DNA of 64,000 nt, from the IMG/VR virus record IMGVR_UViG_3300035505_000178; one strand, written 5' to 3'. Each line of letters opens with the position of its first letter. Within the stretch, counting starts at the first letter, position 1. The notes beneath the pieces are model-generated. The model searched no databases and was not told the DNA's origin. It saw only the letters and a list, made by a program, of their open reading frames with translations. This DNA is from a virus (Duplodnaviria > Caudoviricetes). Below, in pieces: positions 25,889 to 36,486 of the stretch. The position numbers and the translations under genes are program-made.

Positions 25889-26390
25889 TTTAAGAGTTTC
25901 GTTTGACATCGACGATACTCTTGCGGGATTTTGGGAAGCTTACATTAAAATGTTTCCAGGAGATAAAAACCTTATAGATTCAGTTATTACTAAAAATGTA
26001 AATACTTTAAGACACAATAAGGAATTTTGGGAAAGTTTATCTGTTATTGATAGACCTAATTTTGAGCCTTATAATTATTGCACTAAACGTGTAAATTGTA
26101 AGTCTTATACTAGAAATTGGCTAGCTAATAATGGATTTCCAATTAAACCTATTTATCAAGTATATTATCAAAAAAGTAACAAAGCTGATTATATTAAAGG
26201 TAGATGTGATGTGTTGATTGATGATAGTATTAGCAATGTACAAAATGCTATTAAATCAGGTTTACCTGCATTATTAATTGACAGACCACATAATCAAAAT
26301 GGTGACCCTGTATTTAGAATTTATAGTCTAGATATAGAGGAAATAGTTTGGGCATATAACCTAGAACTAGAAACATTACAATGGATTTAA
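25875..26390 (+). CDS. HAD-family 5'(3')-nucleotidase
   Basis: FDIDDTL, LIDDS, RPHN motifs. Confidence 0.85.
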   Translation: MNKDNLRVSFDIDDTLAGFWEAYIKMFPGDKNLIDSVITKNVNTLRHNKEFWESLSVIDRPNFEPYNYCTKRVNCKSYTRNWLANNGFPIKPIYQVYYQKSNKADYIKGRCDVLIDDSISNVQNAIKSGLPALLIDRPHNQNGDPVFRIYSLDIEEIVWAYNLELETLQWI

Positions 26391-27391
26391 GCAATATCAA
26401 AATCACTCCATTACTTGATACACTAAGATTACAAAAGATTAGTGATGAAGTATATTTTTCTGAAAAGTATAGAGGATATGTTAGCAATTCTAGACTTGGA
26501 TTAATTAATCCAGATCAAGGAGGAAGTGCTGAAAAGTTTTTTAACGGATTTCAGTTTAGCTTTTCAACTTCATTCCAATTAGGATCTGCCGTACATGAAC
26601 TTGTACTACAACCAGAAAGCTTTGAGTTAGCTGAAGATGTTGGTAAACCTACTGCGAAGTTAGGTGCAATGGCTGACGAATTATATCCTGTATGGCTTCA
26701 ACATCCACTTGAAAAAGAAGATATTATAAAAGCTTCTGATAAAGTTGGATATTATAAAGGTAAAATTACTGATGAACTTGTTAATAAAGTTCTGATTTCG
26801 TGTTATCCTTATTGGAATAAACGAAAAGCTTTACCTGAGTCAGATAAAGAATTAATATTCTTAGATAGTAAATCTTTAGAGATTACTAAAAGCTGTGTTG
26901 AAGCATTGCGGAATAATAAGAGTGTACAGAATCTTCTGCATCCAGAAGGTTTGATTGATACACCTATTTCAGAAAACGAACAAGCTATTTTATTAGATGT
27001 TGAAGTAAATTGTCCAGATGTAGAACCTTTTATTATAAGGTTAAAATCTAAGCTGGATAATTATACTATTGATCTAGACACTATTACTGTTAATGATGTT
27101 AAAACTCTTGGAAAGATGTTGAATGAGATGGATACCAACATTGTTAACTATCATTACAGTAGAGAATTTGGAATGTACGTTTATTTATTAAAACTGTGTG
27201 CTGAAAAATTCTATAACATTAAAGATCCAAGAATCAAGGCTAATTATTTAATTGTTTCAACTATACCTAATTTTTATACAAAAGTTAGACCTGTTACAAC
27301 TAAAGAAATAGCCCAGGGTTTTAATGAGTTTAAATCGCTGTTAAAACTTGTAGCATATTATATTGCATATAAAGGTTATACACTAGAATGA
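26381..27391 (+). CDS. PD-(D/E)xK exonuclease (RecE/DUF3799-like)
   Basis: SNSRL, LGSAVH, KSKLD, NDVKT motifs. Confidence 0.85.
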   Translation: MDLSNIKITPLLDTLRLQKISDEVYFSEKYRGYVSNSRLGLINPDQGGSAEKFFNGFQFSFSTSFQLGSAVHELVLQPESFELAEDVGKPTAKLGAMADELYPVWLQHPLEKEDIIKASDKVGYYKGKITDELVNKVLISCYPYWNKRKALPESDKELIFLDSKSLEITKSCVEALRNNKSVQNLLHPEGLIDTPISENEQAILLDVEVNCPDVEPFIIRLKSKLDNYTIDLDTITVNDVKTLGKMLNEMDTNIVNYHYSREFGMYVYLLKLCAEKFYNIKDPRIKANYLIVSTIPNFYTKVRPVTTKEIAQGFNEFKSLLKLVAYYIAYKGYTLE

Positions 27392-27738
27392 ACGAACTAG
27401 AAAAGTTAAGTTTTGAAAAAGTGAGTAAACTTTATGTTAAATACTTTAGTTTAGGTTTTCTAAATACAAGTTTAGAAAATAAAATGGCGTGTATTTGTCT
27501 TACTTGTTATATTACAAATACATTAAAAGCTAAAGGTAAAAATATAACGTGTTATGATGTATTGTTAAAAATTAAATCCGATAGTACCCAAATTGAGAAG
27601 GATACCTTTCTCAAGTCATTAGGGGCGATCTGTGAAGATTTAATGTATGGGTGTAATACTTTCCCTGATTTTGGAATAAAACCTCAGGAAATGCCAAAAA
27701 CACTCAAAAAACTTTTGGACACTTATGTTCCATTTTAA
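27388..27738 (+). CDS. Hypothetical protein
   Basis: ORF track. Confidence 0.7.
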   Translation: MNELEKLSFEKVSKLYVKYFSLGFLNTSLENKMACICLTCYITNTLKAKGKNITCYDVLLKIKSDSTQIEKDTFLKSLGAICEDLMYGCNTFPDFGIKPQEMPKTLKKLLDTYVPF

Positions 27739-27810
27739 CATATTTTAACACTTTTTGACAAATTTTAACACTGAAATAGTTGGGAAATTTTCTCAACCGT
27801 AGTACTATTG
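27731..27810 (+). promoter_or_regulatory. Putative phage promoter: four TTTT(A/G)ACA repeats + TAGTACTATTG
   Basis: Matches 9861-9921. Confidence 0.55.
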
Positions 27811-27881
27811 TGTACAATTGATTTAGATAACACATAATCGACAAGATGAAAATGTTTTAATGTTTTAAATGATTAATTATT

Positions 27882-28448
27882 ATGAGTACAACAGTTTTGA
27901 ATTTCAAGAGAGTAGAGGTAGTAGCAGAGAGCAAAGAGGCAGCATTGGCACAGGTATCAGAGCTTTTCACAACACAGCAGAAGGATGCAACAACTGCATT
28001 TAAGAACTGGAAAAATAAGAAAGGTGGTATTATTAGTGAGCGTGATATTAAGGAGTTTATGTTGGATTACCTTAATCGCAACACTAAGAATTGTCCAGGT
28101 GCTTGCTGTTTGATTACTCTTGAGGCTGCCGTTAAGGATACTCGTGAGCGTCCTTACAAGCAGGTTAATGTAAAGAGCGAGGGTCGTCGTAAGTATAAGA
28201 AGTTCTTCAATATTCTCGACGAGGCAACAAATGAGTTGATTCTCCGAGTTGGTCCAGATAAGACTAAGGCTGAGGCTGCTAATGTTGTTAAGGATCTTTA
28301 CAAGACTGGTGATTTGAAGAAGGATGTAACACTCAGCTTGAGCCATGAGGTAGTAGAGGGTACTTCTGTCGTAATGAAGTTTAAATACACACCTTCTAAG
28401 AACTCTAAGCCAGGTCGTTATGTATTCTTTGGAATTGTAAACGATTAA
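27882..28448 (+). CDS. Conserved hypothetical protein, likely highly expressed
   Basis: Distinct codon bias (AAG/GAG/CGT); own promoter and terminator. Confidence 0.85.
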   Translation: MSTTVLNFKRVEVVAESKEAALAQVSELFTTQQKDATTAFKNWKNKKGGIISERDIKEFMLDYLNRNTKNCPGACCLITLEAAVKDTRERPYKQVNVKSEGRRKYKKFFNILDEATNELILRVGPDKTKAEAANVVKDLYKTGDLKKDVTLSLSHEVVEGTSVVMKFKYTPSKNSKPGRYVFFGIVND

Positions 28449-28485
28449 TTTTATCATATAAATATCCACTCCTTTTAGGAGATAC

Positions 28486-28520
28486 AAGGTCACTGCTCGT
28501 GAGGGTAGTGACCTTTTATT
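28486..28520 (+). terminator. GTGA-loop hairpin + T tract (also a GYGA-family copy)
   Basis: AAGGTCACTGCTC-GTGA-GGGTAGTGACCTT-TTATT. Confidence 0.75.
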
Positions 28521-28573
28521 GTCTAGATACCAGCCTAACGGCTTAACTTAACAATTGAATAAAACAATTAAAA

Positions 28574-30103
28574 ATGAAAATTTCAACTATTAAAAAGTAT
28601 ATCGACATCATCACACTTGCTAAAAACAGTAACAAATCTCTTAAATCTTATTGCGATGAGAATAACATTTGCTATAATAATGTAGTAAATAATATTCATA
28701 ATCTTAATAAGAAACCAGAACTTACAGAATTGGAAAAGACTCTTGTTGATCTTTATAATTCTGTCAAAGTTTGTAATAAAAAGAAAGAGAATGTTGAGAC
28801 TGATGATAGAGCCAAGACATGGTATTTAAGAGGTGATGATACTAAGATTACTTATTATTGTTATGAAATTTATAAAAAGAATAAAAATCCATTAACAGGT
28901 AAGTTTTCTCGTGAAGAGATGGCTACCATTTATAGATTGTATTCATATTATGGAGATTCACTTACACAAAAATCTGTAGCACGACATTTTCCAGATTTGT
29001 CTCTTGTAGACTTTAAAAGAGTTCTTAGAGCATTTAATATTTATAAAGCTAATAGTCCATTCCCACAACATATGTTGGAGGAATATGACGAAGATACTTT
29101 AAGAGAGATTCAGCTTAGAGAGAAAGAGAATAGTTTTCTTAGAAAAGCTGAAGAAGATGCTATTAAGAATAATGAGAAACTTCTCAAGAAGTATGCACAA
29201 GAGAATATTGACTTAAAGAAACGTCTTGAGGATAAGAAAGATTTTAAGGTTAATCTTCCAAAAGTAAATCCAGTTTATATTACTAAGGAGGAACATTCTT
29301 CTAAGAGTTTAAATGTTTATCTTGCTGACATTCATTTAGGTAGTTATACTGTAACTGGAAGTTTATTTGACGAGAATAGATCTTATGGATTTGAAGAAGC
29401 TAAAAGACGTTTAACTGAAGTTATTTATAAAATTGGAGAACTTGGACATATTGAACATCTTAATATTGTCATGCTTGGCGATAACATTGATTGTTGTGGT
29501 TTTACGGGATACACCGCACGACAAGATCATGTAATGCCTAATAATATGGATGCTAAAGAGCAAGGTAATAAATTTATCGAATTGATTGATTGGTTTGTTA
29601 GCACTCTTGTAATCAATAATATGGCTAACTTTATTAAGATTTATTCTGTTCCAGAAGGAAATCACACTGGAGTATTTGAATATATGTGTGTAAAAGCACT
29701 GTTTGGATATTTAAATGTTAAATTTCCAGATATTGAAACTACTCTGTGGGAGAAATTCTATGGACGATTTGAGCAAAATGGACACGTATTCTATTGCTTA
29801 CATGGTAAGGATGCAGCATTTATGAAACGTCCAATGCCATTAGTAATAGATGACAAAACTAAGGTAATGCTTTATGAGTGGCTTATGAATCAAGGTGAGA
29901 AAGGAAATAATATTCACTTTATTAAAGGTGATTTGCATTCCAATGCACTTAGTTCTTGTAAGAAACTTGATTATAGAAATGTATTGAGTTTATTCGGATC
30001 TTCTGACTATAGTAATTATAACTATTCACAAAACGCATATGGAGTTTCATATGATTTGATGTTAGGAAATAATCTTGTCAGAGGAACTTTTGAGAATATG
30101 TAG
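28574..30103 (+). CDS. Metallophosphoesterase (calcineurin-like) with N-terminal helical region
   Basis: DIHLG, LGDNID, GNH, HG, GDLH motifs. Confidence 0.88.
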   Translation: MKISTIKKYIDIITLAKNSNKSLKSYCDENNICYNNVVNNIHNLNKKPELTELEKTLVDLYNSVKVCNKKKENVETDDRAKTWYLRGDDTKITYYCYEIYKKNKNPLTGKFSREEMATIYRLYSYYGDSLTQKSVARHFPDLSLVDFKRVLRAFNIYKANSPFPQHMLEEYDEDTLREIQLREKENSFLRKAEEDAIKNNEKLLKKYAQENIDLKKRLEDKKDFKVNLPKVNPVYITKEEHSSKSLNVYLADIHLGSYTVTGSLFDENRSYGFEEAKRRLTEVIYKIGELGHIEHLNIVMLGDNIDCCGFTGYTARQDHVMPNNMDAKEQGNKFIELIDWFVSTLVINNMANFIKIYSVPEGNHTGVFEYMCVKALFGYLNVKFPDIETTLWEKFYGRFEQNGHVFYCLHGKDAAFMKRPMPLVIDDKTKVMLYEWLMNQGEKGNNIHFIKGDLHSNALSSCKKLDYRNVLSLFGSSDYSNYNYSQNAYGVSYDLMLGNNLVRGTFENM

Positions 30104-30122
30104 AAATTAAAAACATCTAAAA

Positions 30123-30500
30123 ATGAATAAATTATTAAATTTAGCAATTAGTAGAAAAGGAAAGTATGCTGACAAACATGTTGTTGATATGTATGATAAG
30201 TATCTTCCACTTTTTGAAAAAGTTTGCAAGAATAATCTCGATTCTATAGTTTGGGTAAACGGATATGATGAATTTTATGAACCAGATGAAGTTGAGAGTT
30301 TTCTCCTTGATACTTTAATGGAGACTGCAGTAAATCTCGGTTATTTTCCACATTGTGATGATTCGTTCTTCATTGAAGGAGATGAAGTAGATTATCATTA
30401 TTGTGAAGATGAAGAAGAAGAGCCTATTGAACTAGTTAAAGAAGATCTACAGAAATTTAAAGAGTTGACAGGTATAAATATTGAAGTCGTTGTAATATGA
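30123..30500 (+). CDS. Acidic hypothetical protein, tandem paralog 1
   Basis: MNKLL...HC...KFKELTGI. Confidence 0.75.
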   Translation: MNKLLNLAISRKGKYADKHVVDMYDKYLPLFEKVCKNNLDSIVWVNGYDEFYEPDEVESFLLDTLMETAVNLGYFPHCDDSFFIEGDEVDYHYCEDEEEEPIELVKEDLQKFKELTGINIEVVVI

Positions 30501-30856
30501 ATAAATTATTTGAAATTCTTTTTAAGAAAGCTTTTGAATACGAAAAGCTTGAAAAGCTTTTTGAAGAATATCTTCCAATTTTTGAAAGTCTTTGTCCTAT
30601 TGACTGTATAGAATGGGATTATATTGATTCTGATGATTTTGATGATATAGACGCACTTAAACAGACTCTTTTAAGTAATCTAATGAGTAATGCATTAAAA
30701 TTAAATTATCTTCCTCATTGTGAAGATCGTTTTGTTATTGCATATGAAGGAGTAGTAGAGTATGAGCCTGACTATTCTGTAGATGATATTGCATCAATTA
30801 GAAAAGATCTTGATAAATTTGAGAATTTAACAGGTATAAGAGTTGAAATTTTATGA
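30497..30856 (+). CDS. Acidic hypothetical protein, tandem paralog 2
   Basis: MNKLF...LPHC...KFENLTGI. Confidence 0.75.
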   Translation: MNKLFEILFKKAFEYEKLEKLFEEYLPIFESLCPIDCIEWDYIDSDDFDDIDALKQTLLSNLMSNALKLNYLPHCEDRFVIAYEGVVEYEPDYSVDDIASIRKDLDKFENLTGIRVEIL

Positions 30857-31218
30857 ATAATTTATTAGAAGCTGTTGTTAAAAATTACGACGGAATTGAT
30901 GATATTGAAGTTCTTTGTTCAGAGTATGAATCTAAATTTGAACATATAGGAGTATCTGATTTTAAAGGACTGTTACTTAGATCTATAGTGCTTCCAGAAG
31001 ATCTTGATAATTTTGAGGATTATCTGATTGAAAATTTAGTTGAGACTGCAATAGAGAATGGTTATCTTAAACATTGTATTCTTGATGATTTTGATTTTAT
31101 AGAAATGCAATATTATTGTTATGAAGATGACGATGAAGAGGAAATTGAATATCGTAGAAATCAAATAGAACAATTTAAGAAATTAACAGGAGTAGAATTT
31201 GAATTTATTGTAGAATGA
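30853..31218 (+). CDS. Acidic hypothetical protein, tandem paralog 3
   Basis: MNNLL...LKHC...QFKKLTGV. Confidence 0.75.
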   Translation: MNNLLEAVVKNYDGIDDIEVLCSEYESKFEHIGVSDFKGLLLRSIVLPEDLDNFEDYLIENLVETAIENGYLKHCILDDFDFIEMQYYCYEDDDEEEIEYRRNQIEQFKKLTGVEFEFIVE

Positions 31219-31631
31219 GATTCTTTGAATATTTAACTGAAAACTGGGGATTTAAGTCTAACGTATTAGATTTACTTACTGACTTTGATTCAGATATATT
31301 AGATAGAGTCTTAGATAATTATGCCAGTCTTGAGTTCTTTAATGCTGAATATCAAACTGATTTTGTGTATGATGTTGTATTTGAATATATAAGTGAACAA
31401 TATAGCATTTATGAATTAGTTTACGGAGAAACAAATGATGATATTGATAATGAAGGACTTGACGGAAATTACATTATTCAAGATATTGATGAGTCTTTAT
31501 GTATGGTTATTTTGTGTAAAGAATCTTTCCGAACAATTGATCCAGAACAAGAAGCATCAGAAGAACAATTACAAGAAGCACTGGATACATTAAATAATTC
31601 GCTTCCGATTAAATTTAAATTTGATGAGTAA
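31215..31631 (+). CDS. Acidic hypothetical protein
   Basis: ORF track. Confidence 0.7.
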   Translation: MRFFEYLTENWGFKSNVLDLLTDFDSDILDRVLDNYASLEFFNAEYQTDFVYDVVFEYISEQYSIYELVYGETNDDIDNEGLDGNYIIQDIDESLCMVILCKESFRTIDPEQEASEEQLQEALDTLNNSLPIKFKFDE

Positions 31632-31962
31632 AATTCTAAAAGAAATAGTTGATAGTAGCATCACTGTTGATGTTGCTTCTATTCTTTCTGCTTATGAACA
31701 CGCATTTAATATTATAAATGTAAATATTGAAGATTATGATTGGTCTCTTGTTACATTTAAATATCTAGATTCAGAACGAGTAATGAGAAATATCTGTGCT
31801 GAGAATTTAGTTGAAGCCTTAATAGAAAGGTGTCTTCTTCCAGAAGGCACTACATTTCTAGAATCTAATGAGAAAGGATTTATTGTAGAAATGAAAGAGA
31901 AAGATGAACCACTTTTAGATTACCTATCAGATTTAATTAAAATTGAAATAAAATGCAAATAA
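31624..31962 (+). CDS. Acidic hypothetical protein (divergent paralog)
   Basis: ENLVEALIE resembles ENLVETAIE of 30853. Confidence 0.7.
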   Translation: MSKILKEIVDSSITVDVASILSAYEHAFNIINVNIEDYDWSLVTFKYLDSERVMRNICAENLVEALIERCLLPEGTTFLESNEKGFIVEMKEKDEPLLDYLSDLIKIEIKCK

Positions 31963-32726
31963 CAATCGAACAATTATTACAAGGAAAAGCCACTAGAATT
32001 AAGGATAGAGAATATTTTAGTTCTGAAGCTTATATTACTCCTTTTATTGATAGAATGACTAAGTTTACAAATGACTTTATTATTAATGTTAAACCTGCAG
32101 ATCAAATATCTCTTACACCAAATGGAGATGTTAATTTTGAGGATATTATTTATAATAGAGTGAATGTTGAGGCTGTACTTCCTGATGAATATGCTTATGA
32201 AGGTCATAAGCAAGTAGTAGGTTTTGTGTATGCTCTTGATACTCGTAAACCAGTTGTTAAACAATATGTAGGAGCTGTACGTTCTGCTTGTTTGAATCTT
32301 TGTGTATTCAATCCAGAAGCATTATCTGTACAAGAGCTTGAGCCTGAGACTGCAATTAATTATTCTTTCTTAGGACATTGTTTATCATTAACTGATAATA
32401 TCAATGAAAAGCTTACTAAACTCAGTAACTTAGTCTTCACAAAAGAAGAAACTTTTGAACAACTCGGCATTTGGATTGATAACTGTATTAATCATAAATT
32501 CAGCAGTCTTGCAGGAAATGTAAAACTTTCTGAATCTACCCCTGTCGAAGCGTACAAAAATATTTGGTATAATAAGAAATCTGCTTATTATTCCGAAGTA
32601 GATGAAGTCTCAGGATTTGATATTTATAATAGCTTCACAGATATTATTTGTAATGGTAAATCTGCGGATCTTGTAAATAGATTTGAAAAGACATACCTCG
32701 TAAGTGAAATTATGGGATTAGATTGA
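31953..32726 (+). CDS. DUF932-like protein
   Basis: R.AC.NL motif and C-terminal 'YNSFT'. Confidence 0.65.
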   Translation: MQITIEQLLQGKATRIKDREYFSSEAYITPFIDRMTKFTNDFIINVKPADQISLTPNGDVNFEDIIYNRVNVEAVLPDEYAYEGHKQVVGFVYALDTRKPVVKQYVGAVRSACLNLCVFNPEALSVQELEPETAINYSFLGHCLSLTDNINEKLTKLSNLVFTKEETFEQLGIWIDNCINHKFSSLAGNVKLSESTPVEAYKNIWYNKKSAYYSEVDEVSGFDIYNSFTDIICNGKSADLVNRFEKTYLVSEIMGLD

Positions 32727-32755
32727 AAATTTGTGGACTACTTAAATAAATTAAA

Positions 32756-34936
32756 ATGAAAGTAATTAAGCGCGACGGAACCTCTCAAGAATTTGACATT
32801 ACTAAAATTACCCATGCTTTAGTAAAAGCATTTAAAGCTTGTGGTTATGATTTTTCAGATGAACATATAGTAGATTTGATTAAAGGTGTTGATTTTTGGG
32901 ATGGTATCACTATTGAAGAGATTCAGGATATTATCGAGGAAACTCTGATTGATTATGATTATATTGATGTAATGAGAGCATACACTACTTACAGAAATAA
33001 AAGAAAAGAGATTAGAGATTCCGTCACGAAGAAGAAACAATTCATTGAAAATTATAAGAAGTCATCAAATACAGCAGATGCTACTGTCGACGATAATTCT
33101 AACGTAGCAAATAAAAATGTTGGTATTCTTAATGTAGAAATACATAAAGAAGATAACATTGAAACTAATAGAGGAATGGTCGTTGATAAACTCAAAGAGC
33201 TTTATCCAGACTTTGATGCTAAGCAATATATAAAAGATTTGAATAATCATATTATTTATAAGCATGATGAATCATCTTTTGCAGGAGCAATTGCTCCATA
33301 TTGTGTTAGTAGTAGCATGTATCCATTCTTAACAGGAGGTATTAAAGGAATTGGCGGACTTAGTGCAAGTCCTAAGAATCTTGATAGTTTCTGTGGAATG
33401 TATATAAACCTTATCTTTGCTACATCAGCTATGTTTGCTGGAGCTGTAGCAACATCAGAATTTCTTTTATATTTTGATTATTTTGCAAAGAAGGAATGGG
33501 GTGATGTATATTATACTAAACCTGATTGTGAGATTACAAGCATCCATTCCAACAGAAGAAAAACAATTCGTAGTCAAATACATCAACATTTCCAACAAGT
33601 AGTTTATAGTATAAATCAGCCTGCTGCTGCAAGAGGTATGCAAGCTGCATTTGTTAATTTTAGCTACTTTGATAAGAGTTTCTTTTATGGAATGTTCGGA
33701 GATTTCTATTTTCCAGATGGAACTCAACCGACATTTGAATCATTAGAGTGGTTGCAGAAAGAATTTATGCAATGGTTTAATGAGGAAAGACTTAAGACTG
33801 TGATTACATTCCCAGTAGAGTCAGTAGCTCTTGTTTACAAGGATGGTAAATTTGAAGACGAAAATATGGCTAGATTTGTAGCTGAAGAATATGCTAGAGG
33901 ACATAGTTTCTTTACTTATATTTCTGATACAGTAGATAGTCTTTCTTCTTGTTGTCGTTTAAAGAACATGATTCAAACTAAAGAGTTTAATTTTACTAAT
34001 GGTAATATGGGAGTACAGACAGGTAGTAAATCTGTAATTACTCTTAACCTTAATAGAATTATTCAAGATTGGTATGCAGATCGTGTATTTAACGATTATG
34101 CTTGTTATGTGAATGGTAAAGCTGATACTATATCATTTACTGATATTACTTGGCAAGATCATTTGAAAAAGTATATCATTAATATTCTTGAGAGAGTTTA
34201 TATGTATCATAATGCATATAATGAACTTCTTTGGGATATGTATGATGCTAAATTACTTCCAGTTTATTCTGCTGGATTTATTGATCTTAACAAGCAATAT
34301 CTTACTATTGGTTTAAATGGATTAAATCAAGCAGCAGAGTTCCTTGGATATAAATGTAATGATAATCCATATTATAAACAATTCTGTCAATTCATTTTTG
34401 GATTAATAAAAGAGCAAAATACCCTACATAAGACTAAAAAGCTTACTTTTAACACGGAACAAGTGCCCGCAGAGAGCCTGGCAATCAAAAATTATAATTG
34501 GGATAAGAATGACAACTACTGGGTTCCAGAAGATACAAATTTGTATGCTTCTTACATCTTTAAACCTAATGATTCTACAATCTCTGTACCAGAGAAGATG
34601 ATTCTTCATGGAAGAGATTATATAGGAGATTATTTGGATGGTGGAAGTGCTTGTCATATTAATCTTGATCATCATTTGAGTGCAGAACAGTATTATAAAT
34701 TACTTTGTTTTGCAGGAGAAGTTGGTTGTCAGTATTTCACATTTAATATTCCTAATACTGAATGCGATGAATGTGGATTTATAACTAAAGTTCCTGTAAC
34801 TTCTTGTCCTAAATGTCATAGTAAGAAAGTGTCATGGTGGGATAGAGTAATTGGTTATATGACTAAAATTAGTAATTGGTCTGAAGGTAGACGTATTGAG
34901 CAGAAAACTAGAATTTATGAAAATTATAACGGATGA
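32756..34936 (+). CDS. nrdD: Anaerobic ribonucleoside-triphosphate reductase
   Basis: ATP cone (VIKRDG), YKHD, PYC, PAES, CxxC-CxxC, RVIGY glycyl-radical motif. Confidence 0.96.
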   Translation: MKVIKRDGTSQEFDITKITHALVKAFKACGYDFSDEHIVDLIKGVDFWDGITIEEIQDIIEETLIDYDYIDVMRAYTTYRNKRKEIRDSVTKKKQFIENYKKSSNTADATVDDNSNVANKNVGILNVEIHKEDNIETNRGMVVDKLKELYPDFDAKQYIKDLNNHIIYKHDESSFAGAIAPYCVSSSMYPFLTGGIKGIGGLSASPKNLDSFCGMYINLIFATSAMFAGAVATSEFLLYFDYFAKKEWGDVYYTKPDCEITSIHSNRRKTIRSQIHQHFQQVVYSINQPAAARGMQAAFVNFSYFDKSFFYGMFGDFYFPDGTQPTFESLEWLQKEFMQWFNEERLKTVITFPVESVALVYKDGKFEDENMARFVAEEYARGHSFFTYISDTVDSLSSCCRLKNMIQTKEFNFTNGNMGVQTGSKSVITLNLNRIIQDWYADRVFNDYACYVNGKADTISFTDITWQDHLKKYIINILERVYMYHNAYNELLWDMYDAKLLPVYSAGFIDLNKQYLTIGLNGLNQAAEFLGYKCNDNPYYKQFCQFIFGLIKEQNTLHKTKKLTFNTEQVPAESLAIKNYNWDKNDNYWVPEDTNLYASYIFKPNDSTISVPEKMILHGRDYIGDYLDGGSACHINLDHHLSAEQYYKLLCFAGEVGCQYFTFNIPNTECDECGFITKVPVTSCPKCHSKKVSWWDRVIGYMTKISNWSEGRRIEQKTRIYENYNG

Positions 34937-35159
34937 TTATGAAGAGAATTGTGTCACTTTAGAAAATCTACAAGCTGAATACACTCAAGATGCCGATTGT
35001 TGTGAAGACAGCGGTACACAATCATTAAGTATATCTACCAGAAATGGTGGAGGTGGAAGTTTCTATCATATTAAAACCGAAGGATGGAGTTTTGATAAAA
35101 TAGATGATCTAATTGATGTTTTAAATGACTTTAAAAAGAGGTTTATAGATGCTCGATGA
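34917..35159 (+). CDS. Hypothetical protein
   Basis: ORF track. Confidence 0.65.
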   Translation: MKIITDDYEENCVTLENLQAEYTQDADCCEDSGTQSLSISTRNGGGGSFYHIKTEGWSFDKIDDLIDVLNDFKKRFIDAR

Positions 35160-36486
35160 AGAACAACAAGTCGCATTAACGCGAATGATTGAGTTCACTA
35201 AGGATAATGAACCTGTATTAGTTCTTCAAGGACATGCTGGAACTGGTAAGACTTTCTTATTAAAAGAATTTATCAAATATTTGGATAAGGAGTACATAGG
35301 ATACGTTCTATGTGCTCCTACCCATAAAGCTAAATTGGTAATTGAGGAAGCAACTGGTTGTGGAGATGTCAATACAGTACATAGTTTATTAGCCTTATCT
35401 CCTAATCTTAATATCTTTGCTTTGGATTTCGGTTCGCTTGAATTTAAATGTAAAGGAAAGCAGAATGGTATTCCAAGAAATGGAATTGTTATTATAGATG
35501 AAGCATCTATGATTAACGATGAAATTTATAAGTTGTTGTTAGAGAAATGCTCTTCAGTAAATGCTAAATTGTATTTTAGTGGAGATATTGCTCAATTACA
35601 ACCTGTCGGAGATAAGAAGGTTAGTGAGGTATTTAAGTGTAACAACATTATTAATTTAACTAAAATTCATAGACAATCTGGAGACAATGAACTGTTGCCT
35701 CTATTGGATAAACTAAGAATTAGTCCAAATAAATCATTTACTACTATTGAAGATACTCTTTATATATATGATAATGTAGAAAAGTTTGTTAAAGATAGTG
35801 TAGATGCTTTTAGGATTGCGATCGAAAAACAAGACGTTAATTACACTAAAGTATTAGCATATACTAACGCTAGAATTAAATCTTATAATAGAGTAATTGC
35901 TAAATTCTTATTTGATAATGATAATGAGTATAACAAAGGTGAATTTTTAACTGGATATGAGAACTTTAATTTTAAAGGTTTTCAATTCTATAATTCTATG
36001 GATTATATAATTACAGAAGAACCAGTACCAATTCAACATGTTATTCCTTATTATACTACTCTTCTTCCAGCATATAATTTATATCTCTATGATTCTGTTA
36101 ATAAAGAAAATATGAGGTGTATAATTTTATCTAATACAATTGATGATGCAACATTTGAAGATCTTGCTAAAACAATTGAGAATATTAGATTAAAGGCTTT
36201 ATATGCTCCTGATAGAAAGAAAGCATCTTATTTCTGGAAGATGTATTATCAAATAGTTGAGAGCTTTGCTACACCTAAAGATTTAATTTATGATAATCGA
36301 ATAATCAAAAAGAAAACTTTTGATTTCGGTTATGCTTGCACAGTTCACAAATCACAAGGTTCTAGTTATAATAACGTATTTGTTGATATGAATAATATTC
36401 TTAAATGTAAGAGTGTTGATGAATTGAGGCAAATGGAATATGTTTCATTATCTAGAACCAAAACTAATGTAAAAATGTTTGTATGA
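35149..36486 (+). CDS. Dda/RecD-like SF1 helicase
   Basis: GHAGTGKT, APTHKA, DEASM, GDIAQL, TVHKSQGS, YVSLSR motifs. Confidence 0.93.
   Translation: MLDEEQQVALTRMIEFTKDNEPVLVLQGHAGTGKTFLLKEFIKYLDKEYIGYVLCAPTHKAKLVIEEATGCGDVNTVHSLLALSPNLNIFALDFGSLEFKCKGKQNGIPRNGIVIIDEASMINDEIYKLLLEKCSSVNAKLYFSGDIAQLQPVGDKKVSEVFKCNNIINLTKIHRQSGDNELLPLLDKLRISPNKSFTTIEDTLYIYDNVEKFVKDSVDAFRIAIEKQDVNYTKVLAYTNARIKSYNRVIAKFLFDNDNEYNKGEFLTGYENFNFKGFQFYNSMDYIITEEPVPIQHVIPYYTTLLPAYNLYLYDSVNKENMRCIILSNTIDDATFEDLAKTIENIRLKALYAPDRKKASYFWKMYYQIVESFATPKDLIYDNRIIKKKTFDFGYACTVHKSQGSSYNNVFVDMNNILKCKSVDELRQMEYVSLSRTKTNVKMFV

Noticed and set aside
27957-28493. 178-aa - strand ORF and other antisense ORFs in 1-54 kb
   Set aside because: Shadows of codon-biased + strand genes in a uniformly + strand arm.
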